Assembly: GCF_000142905.1 (NCBI RefSeq)
Contig: NW_013657622.1
Coordinates: 1 to 64,000 of the forward strand
DNA: 64,000 nt
Direction of reading: 5' to 3'
Origin: Thecamonas trahens ATCC 50062
Lineage: Eukaryota; Protista; Apusomonadida
The position numbers were made by a program, and so were the translations under genes. The notes under the pieces were generated by a model. That model was given only the letters and a program-made list of their open reading frames with translations. It searched no databases and was not told the origin of the DNA. Numbering within the stretch: position 1 is the first letter of the stretch; every line of letters begins with the position of its first letter. Below are positions 62,731 through 64,000 of this stretch, piece after piece.

Positions 62731-63040
62731 CATGATCGATTACTGCACCCAACAACATGATCGGGTACTGCACCCAACAACATGATCGGGTACTGCACCC
62801 AACAACATGATCGGGTACTGCACCCAACAACATGATCGGGTACTGCACCCAACAACATGATCGGGTACTGCACCCAACAACATGATCGGGTACTGCACCC
62901 AACAACATGATCGGGTACTGCACCCAACAACATGATCGGATACTGCACCCAACAACATGATCGGATACTGCACCCAACAACATGATCGGGTACTGCACCC
63001 AACAACATGATCGGGTACTGCACCCAACAACATGATCGGT
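62731..63040. repeat. 25-bp minisatellite (CATGATCGGGTACTGCACCCAACAA) x12 + partial
   Basis: Units start every 25 nt from 62731 to 63031; a few GGG>GGA/GAT variants. Confidence 0.97.
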
Positions 63041-63146
63041 TACCTCGGCATCTCCCATCAACGCCATCGATCAACCCCCCTCCTCCCCCCCCTTCCCCCT
63101 CCGCTGCAGCGACGACTCACCTATCCATCCATCTAATGACGCACAG

Positions 63147-64000
63147 GCCTCCCTCACCGCCGGCTCGTCGGCGCACATTCCCGATACGATTGCAGCCAAG
63201 CGGGCTGCAGCGCGATACGAGCTGCGCAAGGAGTCTGGCATGCTCGCAGAGCTGACAGCAACGGTAGCGACGGCTGTTGGCGGTGACACGGTGTATGCCA
63301 CCCAGCTGTGGGACGTGCCGGAGAAGGTTCACGACAACTGCGCAGCCATGCTTGAGGCGACCAACGAGGTAGCGGCCTACTGGCGGGCGCGCGCTGCCAT
63401 CGAGGCCGACTACGCCGCCGCCCTCGCCAAGCTCTCCAAGTCGACCAAGGACAAGGCCTCGTTTGTGAACGTGCCCGGCTGGAACCGCCTCGTGCCGCTG
63501 CTTGACGTCGAAGCGACCCAGCACGCCGAGCTGGCCACCGAGATGGTCGACCAGCTACATGCACAGCTCTCCGAATTTGCCTCGACCATGGACACCAACC
63601 TCAAGCTCCTGGGCAAGGTCCACCGCTCGCTTGTCAAGGACGCCGCTTCGGCTGCAGACAACGCGTCCAAGCTCGAGTCCAAGTACATCTCTGCGGCGCA
63701 GGCCGAGGAGATTGCCTCGTCCGAGCTCCGCGTCGCCGTCACCAACAAGGCCAAGGCGTCCAAGATTGCCAAGCTCGAGAAGGACGTGGGTAAGAAGGCC
63801 AAGGCTGTGGCCGAGGCCCAGGAAAAGTACGTCGCCGCCATCGACGAGGCCAATGCAATTCAACGCAAGCAGTTTGCCCTCCTCTCGTCGTACGAGTCTC
63901 TCGAGCTTCGCCGCGACGAGCGGACCATCCAGCAGCTCAACCTTTACCTCGAGCTCCGCGCTCTCTCCCTCGACAAGGTCGCCGCTGCCGCCGAGGCCGC
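63147..64000 (+). CDS. F-BAR domain protein, partial (runs off window; probable exon 2 after intron 62504-63146)
   Basis: Open frame absent from the ORF track: YATQLWD..ATNEVAAYWRARAAIEADYAAALAKLSK..EATQHAELA..EKYVAAIDEAN..LELRRDER. CTAAT branch + CAG acceptor at 63146; GTACGT donor at 62504. Confidence 0.8.

Noticed and set aside
62731-63040. Yeast-style long telomeric repeat or CRISPR
   Set aside because: It is interstitial, flanked by genes, and has no spacers. The ORFs across it are repeat translations.

Overview
GC-rich, intron-poor eukaryotic genomic DNA in the standard code. The gene set and style suggest a free-living protist such as an apusomonad (Thecamonas-like); this is inference, not a database result. 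The window opens with a ~1.45-kb tandem repeat (1-3330). About 18 protein-coding genes follow: a hypothetical protein, an ependymin-like secreted protein, an MhpA-like FAD monooxygenase, a NUDIX-DUF4326 fusion, an AUP1/LPCAT-like acyltransferase, a second hypothetical, a PHIP/BRWD-Tudor + BAH-like protein, a P4-ATPase flippase, an ELO elongase (1 intron), an F-BAR + J-domain protein, an F-box/JmjC protein, a WD40 protein, VPS13, a kinesin-3 (FHA + C2), a TLC-domain protein, PIG-U, an FG-GAP/filamin/Cys-rich multi-TM protein, Listerin (LTN1), and the start of a second F-BAR gene. Nine genes are broken at ~15 sites, each repaired by adding one base to a short homopolymer (always -1). Long-read consensus error is the most likely cause, but it is testable. 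There are also hairpin-containing minisatellites (58 bp x7, 25 bp x12), several microsatellites and a 100-N gap. No rRNA, tRNA, CRISPR array or intact transposon was recognised. The most novel items are three domain architectures: NUDIX-RG-DUF4326, F-BAR-LFa/DPF-J and Tudor-BAH.
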